Shown here in pieces: positions 1 through 13,521 of a DNA stretch of 64,000 bases. The stretch covers positions 90,032,476 through 90,096,475 of the forward strand of contig NC_068982.1 of NCBI RefSeq assembly GCF_001194135.2, in the 5' to 3' direction. Origin of the DNA: Octopus bimaculoides. Its lineage: Eukaryota. The translations under genes were made by a program, and so were the position numbers. The stretch's first letter is position 1; each line of letters starts with the position of its first letter. Under the pieces are notes generated by a model. The model did no database searches and was not told the origin of the DNA. It worked only from the letters and a program-made list of their open reading frames with translations.

Positions 1-935
1 AAAACAGTATTAGCAACAAAACTCAAAATGAGATAGAGACACCATGTCAGTCTTTTATCTGTTACCAAACGAGGTTCATTACCTTCCTAGTGAAAATATT
101 GGTTTCTCAACTACATATGTGCGAATACAGAAAAACTATTGCAATGTCTCGTTTATAATTATTTCACTTTTCCAATGGATACATCCACATTCTGATGTAA
201 ATTCTACCTGGTCTAATTTTTACTTTATTCTTCAAGTGCTAAGATCTACTATATCGACTCTACTCTTCCTTAACTATGTGTTTTTGTACTAATGTGGGCA
301 ACCTTTAGTATTTCATTTTGTAAGCTATCGTTCTTTACATTCTGAATTCCAGTCATTATTGGGGTCGACTGAAACTTTCATTTATCAGGGGTGGATAAAA
401 TAAGTGAACCCCACAATATACTGGAGTAGATTTAATCGATTGTTTCTACCCTAAAGATAGAAGAGAACCTTGTGTCATGTTACACAAGTAGGTTTATGAC
501 AAATAACGTTAAGTTGAGCGATTTGTCTGTAGATTGAATGATCAAAGATTTTGCTATAGGCGTTGTGATATTTCAACGATCCGTTTATCAAATACTTGAT
601 AGAACCACGTTATTTTATACCAAAGACGTGTTATTGTATATCAGGTGAGTATTCCTTCACCTGCAAGCGCTAGGCTCTTCTCTTGCGCGAGTAAGGATTC
701 TATGTTTAGTGTAAAATTGTTGGTTCAATAGTATGGAATGACATTTGCTTTTATTCTTTTAAGAAATACTTTATTAAAATGTAAATCATTACATTAGTTG
801 TTTATTAACATTTGGAAGTAATTACATATCTTCATATCGGCACCAAGTATTAAACTTGTAGGAGTGAGGTAGTAGCCTTCATCTGTTGCCTGGTCTAATA
901 CCACCACATCTGTTACATTCAGGAACGATCACTTT

Positions 936-1311
936 ATCTTTTACTTGTTTTATTCATTGAACTGAGGCCACGTTGAGGTATCCACTTAAAGGGCTTAGTC
1001 TAACAAATCAACTCCGGTACTGTTTTTTTTTTCTTTTTCAAGTTTGGTACTTATACCATCGGTCACTTTTCCCGAACCGATTTAAACAAACCAACACAAA
1101 TTGTGATGCAGTGAGAGGATGAACATAAAAGACGAACATACACATATATACGGCGATATCCCACGCAGTTTCCGTGTGCCAAATTTACTCACAAGTCACT
1201 GGACGACCGGAGCTATAGTTCAAGAGACTTGGCCATGATTATATGCAATGGCACTGAACTTTAAATCACGTGATGAAAGAGAGTTTCTTAGCCACACCGC
1301 CGCCATGCCTG
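936..1311 (-). mobile_element. tRNA-derived SINE, family B (~380-400 bp), diverged copy
   Basis: Reverse complement is colinear with the + copy at 14532-14920: head, internal CA/TA microsatellite, and tail ending ...AAACAAGTAAAAGAT. Confidence 0.8.
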
Positions 1312-1559
1312 TCTGGAGGACAATTTCCGCCTCCCTTCTTCCCATCCATCATAGATGTCCTGAAAAGAGTCAAAGGTTCTACCCTTCCTTCTCTAGGATA
1401 TTAAAACGTCGAGGAAATTAAACCCAGAAAACTACTACTATATCATTAGTATTTATTTTACATCATGGGTTTAGAGGAAGAGGTAGCGTCCATGGCCTTC
1501 ACAGTACCTCCGAGATGGAAGAAATGAAGTCACTTATGTTCTGTGTAAAGTGTTGCTAG

Positions 1560-1760
1560 TCAAATACCTGAATTTAGAACTTGAGTAGGAAGATTCCAAA
1601 CATCAATCTTACGGAGACAAAGGAATGAACGTAGAGGATAGTATGGGAAATGAGAAGACTGAACATTATATAGATGTCGGGCGGTGGAAAATCGAGTGGG
1701 TTGGGGGCCTAAGTCGAGTATGTACAAACACAGCAAACTCTGAAGAACAGGGACCATTTA
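1560..1760 (-). mobile_element. CR1/L2-group LINE 3' ORF2 remnant (degenerate)
   Basis: Minus frame reads PTRFSTARHLYNV...RSFLCLRKIDVWNLPTQV, resembling the CR1-type C-terminal pattern R.TR....H...V....SF.PR....WN.LP..V. Confidence 0.45.
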
Positions 1761-2175
1761 CCATTTAAGTACAATACAAAAGGCAGAGGAAAGAGGCAGT
1801 TTATCTATGGGTTAGAGCCTGAGTAATGACTATGAATGATTTTTATGTTACGTCAATAAATAAACAGACTTACTCGAAGATGCGTGTGTGCGTAACAGTA
1901 GCACAGTTCCAGATATGCGTGTCATATATTATTGTGAGCTTAACTAGAGTTAATTGTTATTAGTTGGGGGGAAATTTGACCTCAAAAGTAGAGGAGAATA
2001 CCTTAATAGCAAAAGGTATTTATTCTAGTATCGTGCCCTTTCTGCCACTCATTTACACTTTACGGCAATCTACAACAGATTAGAAATCTGCGATTATTGA
2101 TATGAAAGGATCACCATTTTAATTTAGTTGGGTCACCGCTTAGAAGCACATGTTCTGGAAGTGTGTGTGTGTGAT

Positions 2176-2415
2176 GCGGGCGCGTGGTCTTAAGGTTTAT
2201 GTGTTGCACTCACTATCGCAAGCTCGTGGTCTTGATTCCCGGATGGAGTGATGCGTTCTTGAGCAGAACTTTCCATTTCACTTTGTCCCAGTCCACTCAG
2301 CTGTAAATGAGCAGCCTGCAACGGACTTGCATTCCAGTGTGGAGGGGCATGCTGTGATCTCAATCACTTATAATTATGGAAACCGGATAACCGTCCCACT
2401 GAGTTCGCGGTCTCG
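2176..2415 (+). mobile_element. tRNA-derived SINE, family C
   Basis: GGGCGCGTGGTC head with box A-like and box B-like (GGTCTTGATTCCC) motifs and a CCACTCAGCTGTAAATGAG core. An inverted homolog lies at 54700-54933. Confidence 0.75.
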
Positions 2416-2567
2416 ATACACACACACAAATTTAAAAATGCACGCAGAAATAAATTGCACTGGCAAAATGTTTTATGTTATATGAAAGAAAATCTTTTGC
2501 TCTACAAGATAGTGTGTTTTGATTTTTTAAATTTTTATCGGTTTTTGTGTATTTTCAGATCATTAAA

Positions 2568-2680
2568 ATGAAATGTCAAGTGGACAAAACTGAGCATTTT
2601 CGACATCATTTGCTTTTTGCAATAGTCAAAAGTATTTCTAAAAGGATTACGAAATTATCAGCAAATAAAGACATTTTAAT
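2568..2680 (+). pseudogene. mariner transposase N-terminal fragment (internally deleted element)
   Basis: ATG at 2568 gives MKCQVDKTEHFRHHLLFA, which parallels the N-terminus of the mariner at 52580 (MQVSKEHLRHIMLYE). The rest of the ORF is absent. Confidence 0.65.
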
Positions 2681-4224
2681 ACTCATTCTCACCACTATAA
2701 CTTCGCTTTGTTTAAGTATTTTCGAAACTAACAATTATAGTTAACATACTCGAACTTTGATGAGGGAAATTAATTTAGGCGTCGTATCCGTTGTAAACTT
2801 ACCCTCTATTATTAAATATAAAAAATCATGGGATATTATGTTATATAGTGAATTATATTGCATTACATGTATTATATGCTATATGTTGTGGTATGTGGAA
2901 TGCTATATGTAATACTATCCAATGATAGTTAGTTTAATCACCAAAATAGGATGAAGTCAGACTATCTTACTTTCTATGATGTTCTGTGATCATATTATGT
3001 ATACTTGTAGTAACTTTATGTAAGTCTCTTTTGACTAAATCATATACACCTTAGAAACTATAAAATCATACATACAATAACACCTGTAACATCATAACTT
3101 AAGAATTCTCTTCGGTCTGAATACCTTTAAATGCCCTCACTACTTCCATACCTATTGCCCATCTTTTCGGGTTACCTTTATCGTTTCCCCACCTCTAATT
3201 TTAACCCCCTGTCTCTTTGTATGTAGGTTATATGTATTTCTTATTATTTTCTATAAATTCTTATTATTTTGTTTTCTTATTTTGATATACTTACATATTA
3301 ACCTCTTATCCCTTATAAATTGTTACTTTTCTTGTTCTTAAATTGATATTTTTCAGTTACTTAAGTCTATTTGAGATATTTATACTATACCCATATAGAC
3401 GTATAAATATTTATGCATGTGTATTATGCATATATGCACTTATGTATGTGTGTGTTAATATATCTGTATGCATTTTAACACTTTTCTTATTCATGGCTTA
3501 AAATTGATAGATAGCATGTATATCTTTCCATTTATTTCATATGTAAATGCCTTGAGTAGTCTTTATGGAAATTACCTAATAAGTAATTAATTAAGTACAT
3601 GAATGATGTTAAACTGATTCTATGTAATCTTCCTTTTTTCATGTTTATAATTGATACATATACTCTTTTAATTAACTTGGTTATAATATCATTTATGAAA
3701 TTCTTAAATTTGATTTTCATACAACATAACAATATACAACATAACAAAATTTCCTCTGTATTGACATCTTAGGTTTTTTAGCGTCTTGTCCATTTAACTG
3801 GTAATTAACATCGCGATTTAAAGTCTATCCCTACCCTGCTTCTTTTATAGAAGTTACTTATATCCAACTGACTACTCCTAATGTCTTATTTCCTCCCTGG
3901 AGAAAAGGGATACATATGATAATATTTATGACCATATCTAGCCATGAGCTGTCAACCCATTCTTGTCCTTTATTCAAAATAGACACAGTCTTCTAGTCTT
4001 AGATTTAGTAGTGCAAGTTATTCGAAGGTACCTTTTAAGAAGCTTCGTGACTATCCTCTTTAAGATAATATAAGTTGTTTTAGCTTATGTTCTAGTAGTA
4101 ATACAGTTATACTATAAACGGAATATTATCATGTTCATCCAGCGGTTCCAAGAAAAAATATAATCAGAAATTATAACCGAGATTTAACACATCTAAGGCC
4201 ATTGCGTAATCGAAGCTGAGAACT

Positions 4225-4455
4225 TTAACAGCCTGGTTGTACACTATGATGATTTTGATCTCTGTTTGAAACCAAACCACGAGAGTAAAATAGATTGATA
4301 ACGGACGGTTGATCTAAGGCTAAACAAGAACAACTAACATTGTGACCGAGCATAATACCAGAGCTAAACTGTTCGATATCCACGGCATTAGAAACTGAAC
4401 CATGACATACAGCTACCATAGCCAGCAAGACTATTACCGTCCATTCACTTAGCAT
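4225..4455 (-). CDS. candidate exon/ORF with signal-peptide-like N-terminus; product unknown
   Basis: MLSEWTVIVLLAMVAVCHGSVSNA has a hydrophobic core and small residues. The frame is open back to about 4500. Length alone is within chance for this base composition. Confidence 0.2.
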   Translation of the reverse strand: MLSEWTVIVLLAMVAVCHGSVSNAVDIEQFSSGIMLGHNVSCSCLALDQPSVINLFYSRGLVSNRDQNHHSVQPGC

Positions 4456-5899
4456 TAGTGTAATTAGCCACCAATTAGGAAGGATACATCCAGTGCTTAC
4501 AGTTCATTTTGTTGATTAAATATATCAAAAGCTTATACAATGACAAGATCGATTGCGTTACGGTATCTAACGAGTTTACCCATTAGTTAAAACAAAATCC
4601 AGTAGAAATCCATGCTGACCTTTATATGTTATTCTATTTCATGACAAATAAATCACAATAGTCTCTTAGGAAAGCTACTAAAAAATATCATCTATCCTCA
4701 ATATGAATTTTTCTTTAATGAATGAATATGATTTTGGCAAGTTTCCACTCAGAAAATTCATTGTATTCACGAACAGTATATTTTGAAGGAACAGCAAATT
4801 GATAAGCCATCTTTAATAGCAACCTCCGCGGAACCTATTTAGATTTAAAAAGGAAGGCAATGATATCGCTTTATATGCATCCATTGTGTCTAGCTTCCAA
4901 AGTCAGCACTCTAATGTATAATATATTGTGATTATCTTCCTCTTTATTCGTGTCCTTTTATCTAAAAAACATATTGATGGGCAAAATAAGGGAAAGAAAA
5001 AAACGATATCAAACATCAATACTAGAGCATGATGAAATATTTCAGAATACTTATTAGCTACGAGAGGTTTTCTCCTGGATTTATTTTTCACTATATACAT
5101 TACATCGAATCGCATCCTGTTTTAGGTAGATTAAATTTTTCTTTTTTCTTTCTTTTTTTTTTTTTTTGCAATTTTTGGTGATTGAATATTTACGATAGAA
5201 AAATGAACCTTATTGTTTACACATAGAATCTACGCCACAATATTGGAAGATAGGTGATGATATATATCAAATGGCTATGAAACTATCCCCCACTATATTA
5301 CTTGTTGCATTATGTAAATCAATTAACGCTAGAGTACTATTAGATCTATCTGCAGTCTAACAATCTATGTAAACAGTCAGATCTTCGAAACTCATGTCTA
5401 GATTTCCCCAGCGATTATTGCAATATAAACAAAATTATGATTTGCATATTGACACAGAAAGAGCTTTAATATGAAAACAAAAATATCTGTTTAATAACGT
5501 AAGGTCGTATGATTCACTTTTCAAGAGTAATAACACTAATCCCTCATCTATGCCAAATCAGAATAAATTTAGATTCCCGGTCTAGGATTCTGCGTAATGT
5601 CATAGGGTATTTGATTATCTCATTTGAGTCTCTTGAGAAGTAGGATAACGAATAAATTATGATTCGATATCACAGATGATGTGGATCTGGTACAACTTTC
5701 TCCTCTCCCATCTATTCAACTATTTTGATCAGTACAAAGAGGGGAAGAGATGGGAAAGATACAAAGGAAGTATTACTATGTAGTTATACTTCCAATTGCG
5801 TACGAATTAATGAATACTCTGGGGGTTTATAGTATTAAACGTACAATATTTCCAAATATACATGACGGATTCAAGTTTAGAATTTATATAGAACACGGC

Positions 5900-6095
5900 G
5901 GTGCATCAGCATGGCCGCAGCTCTGAGCTGAAACTATAATAAACAACAGAGATGACCTGTGCTTTTCAGTTTGTTTCCATTCACATGCGTTTGCGTTCAA
6001 TCACATTGTGAAGTGCTTTGACAAAGTACCTTCTATCATAAGATTGGGTTGACCCATGTTTTTTCAGTGGAATTTGGTAGAGAGAACTGGGCAGT
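5900..6095 (+). mobile_element. SINE family B fragments (a 3' tail followed by a decayed 5' half)
   Basis: GGCGGTGCATCAGCATGGCCGCAGCTCTGAGCTGAAAC matches the family tail. 5990-6095 resembles the head/body. Confidence 0.55.
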
Positions 6096-6129
6096 AATGA
6101 CTAACGCCTGCCTGCACAGACGCACTCTC

Positions 6130-6130
<1 letters not shown>

Positions 6131-6216
<86 letters not shown>

Positions 6217-6412
6217 TATATATATATATATATATACATTTATACATATGTGTTCGTATATGTGAGTATATATACAAATATATATCTATATATCTATATC
6301 TTTATTTATCTATCTATTTATATATATATCTATATGCGTGCGCGTTTACTTGTGTGCATGTGTATGTATATGTGTATGCATGTATGCATATATATGTATG
6401 TATGTATGTATA

Positions 6413-6472
<60 letters not shown>

Positions 6473-6545
6473 AGAAAGAGAGAGAGAGAAGGAGAGAGAG
6501 ATAGTAGAGAGAGAAAGAGAGGGAGAGAGAGAGCGCGATAGATAA
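6131..6545. repeat. compound microsatellite (CA)n/(TA)n/(TATG)n/(GA)n
   Basis: Directly visible. Confidence 0.97.
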
Positions 6546-6899
6546 GTAGATATCAGAAGCTCTCCTTTCCGATGAACACAGAAATAAAGAAGCAATGTGA
6601 TAATATGCAAGTAAAACTATTTGCTATCGAGATTTGATTGTTTGCCAGAAAACATGCTACATTCAACTACTCAATTGTCATGCGCAGAACACGTGATGTC
6701 ATCATTTATTCACACGTATAATCACGTGATATTATCACATCTGTCTTCATTATCACGCGTACAGCAGAGGAAAGTCGGTAGGATGGCTAGGTTTGATGAA
6801 TTTTCATTTGTCAATGAATAACTGAATGTTTTCCAGTATGTGACCATCCTTTTGAGTATAGCAAATACATAATATTGGAATTAAAACCATTTCAGTTTG

Positions 6900-6946
<47 letters not shown>

Positions 6947-7538
6947 AGTTTGTAATTTGGTAATTGGAAAGGCTTCAATAAATATCGATGAAAATTCTTC
7001 AATTTTGAAACTTTGTGCAAAATTGCATGGAGCGAAGTTATAGGATGTTGTTTTTCTGCAAGTGACAACGATTACAAATTCTGGAGTCATTGCTGGAGTC
7101 ATTGCTATAGGGTGATGCGTGCTTTGCAATGCACCAACCAATTATATAATTGCTAGTATTTCATCCTTGAACTAGACTGGGAGGTGGTTATGCGCTTCTC
7201 TGAGATGAAATATCGCTGGAATTTTCTAAAATGGATTTTCTGTAAGCTCTATATAGATTTGTTCTCTGATATTTACAAAAAAAAAATGCTTTAGTTTGAT
7301 AAGCCAGCACCTTCGTAAAACGCATATCGTCGGGAGAAAGATATAAGGATAGCTGCAATTACGTAAGTGAAATGTTTTTTGGTTTTCGTACTTCGAATTT
7401 TGCTGTTTATACTGGATTTGGATGTATCAATGACTTTGGTGCGACTCCAACTCACTTTAATGTTGTTTCTATTATATACTTTAAGATAACTGAAAATTCT
7501 GACAATGTTGGAATGAATATTTAAACTATGTGGACAAA

Positions 7539-7780
7539 GTAGTAAAGATTGTTTGCCAACATAATATGGCAGTCCTGGTTTAGGACGAATGTTGTTGTAA
7601 TATAGTCCCAGGAAACATCGTCTCCAGCTGGCTATACGACACGATCTGCGTCCTTATATATATGTGTCCTTACATAAGGACACAGATCGTGTCGTACAGC
7701 CACCTGGAGACGATGTCTCCCTGGGGCTAAATTACAGCAACTTTCGTCCTAAACCAGGACTGGCAAGCAATCTTTGCTAC
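7539..7780. mobile_element. palindromic MITE-like element (~240 bp)
   Basis: Outer arms GTAGTAAAGATTGTTTGCCA / TGGCAAGCAATCTTTGCTAC pair at 18/20. Inner arms ~7570-7657 and 7674-7761 are reverse complements. Possible TA TSD at 7540-41 and 7778-79. Confidence 0.8.
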
Positions 7781-7834
7781 AAAATACTGTTGCTGAATAT
7801 CTCTCGTTGTGAAATTTAAAGATAGTAATTTTCT

Positions 7835-8090
7835 ATGTGGACAATATTGGAATGATTATCTAAACGATGTGGACAATATTGGAATGAATATTTAAACAAT
7901 GTGGACAATATTGGAATTAATATTTAAACAATCTGGACAATATTGGAATTAATATTTAAACAATGTGGACAATATTGGAATGAATATTTAAACCATGTGG
8001 ACAACATTGGAATAAATATTTAAATTATGTGGACAATATTGGAATAGATATTTAAATTATGTGGACAATATTGGAATGAATATTTAAACG
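7835..8090 (+). repeat. 32-bp minisatellite, 8 units, consensus ATGTGGACAATATTGGAATGAATATTTAAACA
   Basis: Units start at 7835, 7867, 7899, 7931, 7963, 7995, 8027 and 8059. An orphan ~1.3 unit lies at 7497-7537. Confidence 0.97.
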
Positions 8091-9451
8091 ATGAGCAGCA
8101 TATTGCATTTTCTACTTTCATATTTAGCGTTTATAAGTATTAGCGTAGCTTTATATTGAATTTAGTATGTCTTAATGTACCATTGTAATAATAAGCGGCA
8201 CGGTTAATGGAATCCTTGCCAGTAGATAAGCAGGATATACGTATAGTTATATTTTTGAGTTTCTAGGAATTATTGGGTGACAGTTAAAATTAATGTCAAT
8301 TAATACAATCTCTTTTGTCAGGTTTACTAATAGGTAGAAACAGAACTCTCCATAGAGGAATCTCTTCCGGAGCCTAAGATGTACACTTCTAGCAATTCGC
8401 AAACATACGATCCTATTGCTACGTCAAACAGTTTCTGACCATTACATTTAACATGAAAATAATTATTGTAAAATAGCAAAGAATTCCTGACACAATATAC
8501 CTAATACTATTAATGTAAATAACTGGAATAAAGCTCTACCGATTTCTAAAGATTTTTCACGGAAACCATACAAGAACGGCTCAATATTTTGCATTTTTCA
8601 ACGTTAACTGACACTTCTGCAAGATACAAATGGGTTCCAGATTATTGCTAATCTCACATATAACCTTTTTTGCACACATCCAAACTAAAAAGGAAAACGT
8701 CATCCAAGAACAGACATAACTTCACTCAGCAACTCACAACTTCTCGTTCATGAATGCGGTATATGCCTGCCTCCTATACTTTCTATTGCTACCACCCTAT
8801 TGTTTACATTTCTCTGATATTACACGCAGTGCAACACTAGTGTAAACGCCTTCGCAGCGACACTGCTCTGTTTCTCGCCCCAAACTCTGAAATAAGACCT
8901 CATAATCAATTATCTAAGTTTCCAAGCCTCTAGAAGTTCTCATATACTACAATATAAAGACATAATGTGTATGACGTTACTATAAGTATAATTTCATAAA
9001 TCATAACCTAGTAAGAAAATTGATTACTTATATAAAAGAAAAAATGAAGCTCTTTTTCTTTCTTTTACAATTTTAGTAGTGCGCTGCAAATATTCAATGT
9101 CAAGTTTTACAAAAGAAGGAAGGTAATCATAGTCCTCTTACATTCTATGAACCTACTACTCAAAACTGATATATTTTCAGCTGATCAGCAGTGTTTGCAA
9201 TATTAGAGATATGAAAGAAAAATAAAGAAAGCTGTAACTTTTTCAACGATAGAGTACACTCTCTATCTCACAGAGTAGCGGAAACATATTCGTGGATATA
9301 AAAACAAACAAATTATTAATTATAATAACATATAACGAGTTTATTTGAAAATATAATAATGAAGGTTTTTGTAATGCATATTCGGTATAATGTCTCTGAG
9401 TATATGTATGAACTTGATGTATAAATCTTTCCTTCTCTTTCTGTCTGCGTT

Positions 9452-9459
<8 letters not shown>

Positions 9460-9483
<24 letters not shown>

Positions 9484-9513
9484 TGTATGTATGTATGTAT
9501 GTATGTATGTATG

Positions 9514-9600
<87 letters not shown>
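9460..9600. repeat. compound microsatellite (ATGT)n(AT)n(GT)n
   Basis: Directly visible. Confidence 0.97.
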
Positions 9601-9602
<2 letters not shown>

Positions 9603-9767
9603 AAGTGAGTTTTATTGATAAGTGATAATCAATAAAAAATCATGTTGTTATAAACCTTTGGGGAACTTCACATTTTACAAAGATATTTTGAAGTAGAAGA
9701 GAATGAAGAATACTGAAGTTTCTGGTAAGAAATAATGATATAGAAGAGAAGACGGTAAAAAGCAGAA

Positions 9768-9904
9768 CGACGAGGACGACGACGACAACAAGGAAGAAGA
9801 AGAAGAAGAAGAAGAAGAAGAAGAAGAAGAAGAAGAAGAAGAAGAAGAAGAAGAAGAAGAAGAAGAAGAAGAAGAAGAAAAAGAAGAAGAAGAAGAAGAA
9901 GAAG
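9768..9904. repeat. (GAC)n grading into a long (GAA)n tract
   Basis: Directly visible. It accounts for the poly-F and poly-L ORFs in the track. Confidence 0.97.
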
Positions 9905-10113
9905 ATTTGCGATGTAAAGGAGAGTGAAGGGTAGAAACTGGGGATACAAAAAGTCAGAGAAGAACGAATGAAATGGAAGAACGTGTACGAAGATAATGCG
10001 ATAACGAAAATTTGCAAAACGAGGACCGTGATAAAGAGGAAGAGGAAGAACCAAATGGCAAATAAAGAGCAAAGTCGATTAACTGTTCAATGACCAATCT
10101 TACCCACCTGTAG

Positions 10114-10238
10114 AAAAGCAGGGAGACTGTGAAACTGAATACAGAATACTTCGTGACTGGATTATTATCTATAATATTATTCTACCCGTTCTTACGTTTC
10201 TGTCTGTTTTGTCCGTATGTTACGCTTACGTAAGGGAG
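10114..10238 (+). CDS. candidate internal exon encoding a transmembrane segment; product unknown
   Basis: Acceptor CTTACCCACCTGTAG. Open frame KQGDCETEYRILRDWIIIYNIILPVLTFLSVLSVCYAYVRE. Donors TAC|GTAAGG (10229) or GAG|GTAATC (10238). No homology recognised. Confidence 0.28.
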
Positions 10239-10286
10239 GTAATCATCCGAATGGAGAAATACATTTATAAATGGAGAAGTGGAAAC

Positions 10287-10325
<39 letters not shown>

Positions 10326-13300
10326 TAGACAGACTGACAAAGACAGAGGAAGGGAGGAGGTCTAAATCATTCTGCCTTTTTGTGTAGGCACAGTCGAAAT
10401 GATTGATATCGTGAAATAATGTCATGAAGATCTAGAAATTTATGCATCAGTAGGTAGTTAAAGGTGAAATAATTTTAGCAGATAGCTGTGGTATTACACT
10501 TTTATCATTTGCACGTTCCAGACCAAAGTATGTAGCCATGTTGGGGTATTGTCAATATCCATTTTTTATAATTTTTTGGCTCAAATACTTCTAAGTATTA
10601 TGAGAGTAGATAGATACAGAAAGAATTATAGATATGATAGTTCATTAGTTAGATAGATAGATAGATAGATAGATAGATATGTAGGTGAGTCTACAGAAAT
10701 ATCAACAGATATGCAGATTGAGAGATAATGTAATTGTTATCCAAATAGATATGTAGGTGAATAGAAATGAAATGAGAAGAAATGAAAATAATCACAATTG
10801 GTAAAGAACTTGGACTGAGCTTTGTTGGTAGTTGGAAAGCAGAAAATTTAGTTTATACATACATACGCACGTGCGCGCGCACACACACACACACACACAT
10901 GCATAAGTTTCATGATTTTCTTCGGAAATTATTTTTTAATAGGGACTGTCGGATCTGTCACCTACAATTGCTTTCGGAGTAAGTGAGAGAGAGAGAGAGA
11001 GAGTAACAGAGTTTAGTAAGGAAGAGAAGAGAAACTGAAGACTGTCTTTAAGGGGAGAGAACCGCTTCAGGCTTTTTCCTTAGACTATACAGTTCATCAC
11101 ATTTGTCAAACATATAAAGAAAAGGTTGATAAGCAATACCTTCTAAGTTCATTCTGGTTAAATTTAAAAGTAAAATTTTGATGAAACGACAGGAGAATTT
11201 TTGAAATTCCTGACTTGTATTTAATATGTTGCTATTTTCAAACATGTTAAGTTACACCGTGGAATTTCCACGAGTCCCGTGAGGAGTAGTATTATGTTGA
11301 AAGCATCCAAAAGGTAACGGATATTTTATTGTAAAACCACCCTATTGTGACTTTCACTCACGTGAAATCACTATGATGTGAAAGTTCATATCTCAGTTGA
11401 TGTTTATGTCACTCTGTAATTCTGAATAGTTTTATGTAATAGTTCCTACATCACATAAGATGACCAAATATTTTAAAGCTTTTATAAAAATTCTACCGTA
11501 TTTGGCATTGTTGATGCTGTTGTGCCCCAGAACAGCAATGATGGAATATGTGATCAAAGACTTTCTATCCACGCTAATTTCATTTTTTTTTTTATTCATT
11601 TAGACATAGAATATTTAAGACAACGATATTTGAAGCATCATATTTTCTTTCTTTTCTGACAGTCAGATTGCTGACATGAATTTAACTATTGATTTAGTAA
11701 GTCGAGTCATCACCAGAAGCCCTCTCGTTATCTAATTTTTCAAATTAAGCAACCATAGCTACCTAACTGAAAGTCAGTTTTATACTTACGACTATAAAAC
11801 CAAACATGCTGAGATTAGATGTTTGGGAAATAATGTCGCGGTATTGTCCATTCCATGCTTTGGCTATGAATTTATCTGAGTAAGAGCAAAATGTTCCATC
11901 CGACCTGATACAAAGAGCCGAATCCTTTGAAATTAATGAGTGGATAAAAATTCAATGCGTGGATTTCCAAATAGATGTGTTATATTAAGAAGCAGGAAAG
12001 AAGGGACATATTGGCCAAGGCGGTGGTGTAATGCAGCTTCCTGGATTCGAGAACCAGCGGCTGTTGAAAAGACAAACAGAATTACCGACTCTGTGAGCTA
12101 GTTATTACAGTGTGTTTGTGAATATATTCGCCAATCAGTGAGATGACTTCTAGATAAGATCTAAGAAGTTTCCCGTCAGTAACAAGAACATAGATTCTGA
12201 TATTTTATATTAGTTGCTTCGCCCTAAAACATAAATGAATTAATTTGGTTTTCACTAAACCAATCAAATGAGATGTGTATGGGAGTAAAGAATTGAGGTA
12301 CTAGGAATTTACATCACTAACACATGAGATATGTTAACAACACCACCATCCTTTTGTACAATCAGATACAATATTGATTTAGATTTCTAAGAGAAATTTG
12401 GGGAGAGTAGGAAGTAGTGGGGTCATAGATCAGTAATGTCTCCAGCACTTGAATGGAATTTAATTTGTCAATCATATCTACCCAGATGTTTGGTTTGTAG
12501 ACCTTAAAATCAATTTCACTCCGTAGAAGTTTGAACTCATGAAGGAACACGGTAGAACATCACAAAGTAATTTGTTTGCTGCTTAACCGACTCTGCTATC
12601 CTCATCCCTTGACTCATTAATAAAGGTGGTTACTATTTTATAAGAGAGTTGCTGTTTCATAGATACACACTAGCTGTCGTTCAGTAAGAGGGACAGCACG
12701 TGTGTATTTAATTATTATAAACTTGTAAGGTTTTATAAAAGTCCATTTTCGACACGTAAAACGTAATTTTTTCGGGTGCATTAATTAAAGCTGAGCATGC
12801 TTCTTCATAAAATAGCCTTAATTTTTGCATGACATTTCATAAATTTTGCTGACCTCAATTACACTCAATCAAATAATGCCATATTTTAGGAGCTACGTTT
12901 AGCTTTATATAGTATAGCTCTAATTATATGGCTAAAGGTTACTTCCCTTCCAAGGGCACATGTATTTACAAACAAAATATGATGTGCCATTAATTTATTT
13001 CCGATCGATAATACACAGTTGTACATGTGAAATGATTTCATCCTCATTTCTTTGAAAAAATCTATGCTTTTTGATGTGTTGTAAGAAGTATGTGTGTGTA
13101 TGGCGGGTGTGGGGTGTGTGTGCTCTATTTACACAAAAGGGTAAGGAATGAGATTGAAAAGGAAACCGAATGTAATCAGATGAAAAAAATTATTACCAAA
13201 TATAGATTCAAATTTTGGCCCAAAATTTAAAGGGTGAAGGTGTTAGTTAATTGCATCGCCTCCAGTGCTCAATAGTCGACCTCGTCGGAATTTGTTCTAA

Positions 13301-13483
13301 GGAACTTAAAGGGCTGAAAGATTCAAGAAGTCTAGGAGTGGTAATACCTACAAATCGTAAAAAAATAAAGAAAAGAAAAGGATGGCAAAAAAACGAAAAA
13401 GGAAAATAGGCCAGGGCAGATGACAGTCATTAGCGTAAATATACACGTACACATATGCACACACACACACACACAAACACATA

Positions 13484-13521
<38 letters not shown>

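Noticed and set aside
6250-6610. ORFs rich in YI/CV/HT/RE repeats, here and at about 9390-10072, 13348-13655, 21290-22112, 24954-25308, 29762-30046, 34863-35340, 47916-48209, 50418-50714, 54372-54746
   Set aside because: They are translations of microsatellites with no coding evidence.
7835-8090. Regular 32-bp repeats as a CRISPR array
   Set aside because: The units are head-to-tail with no unique spacers, there are no cas genes, and the context is eukaryotic.
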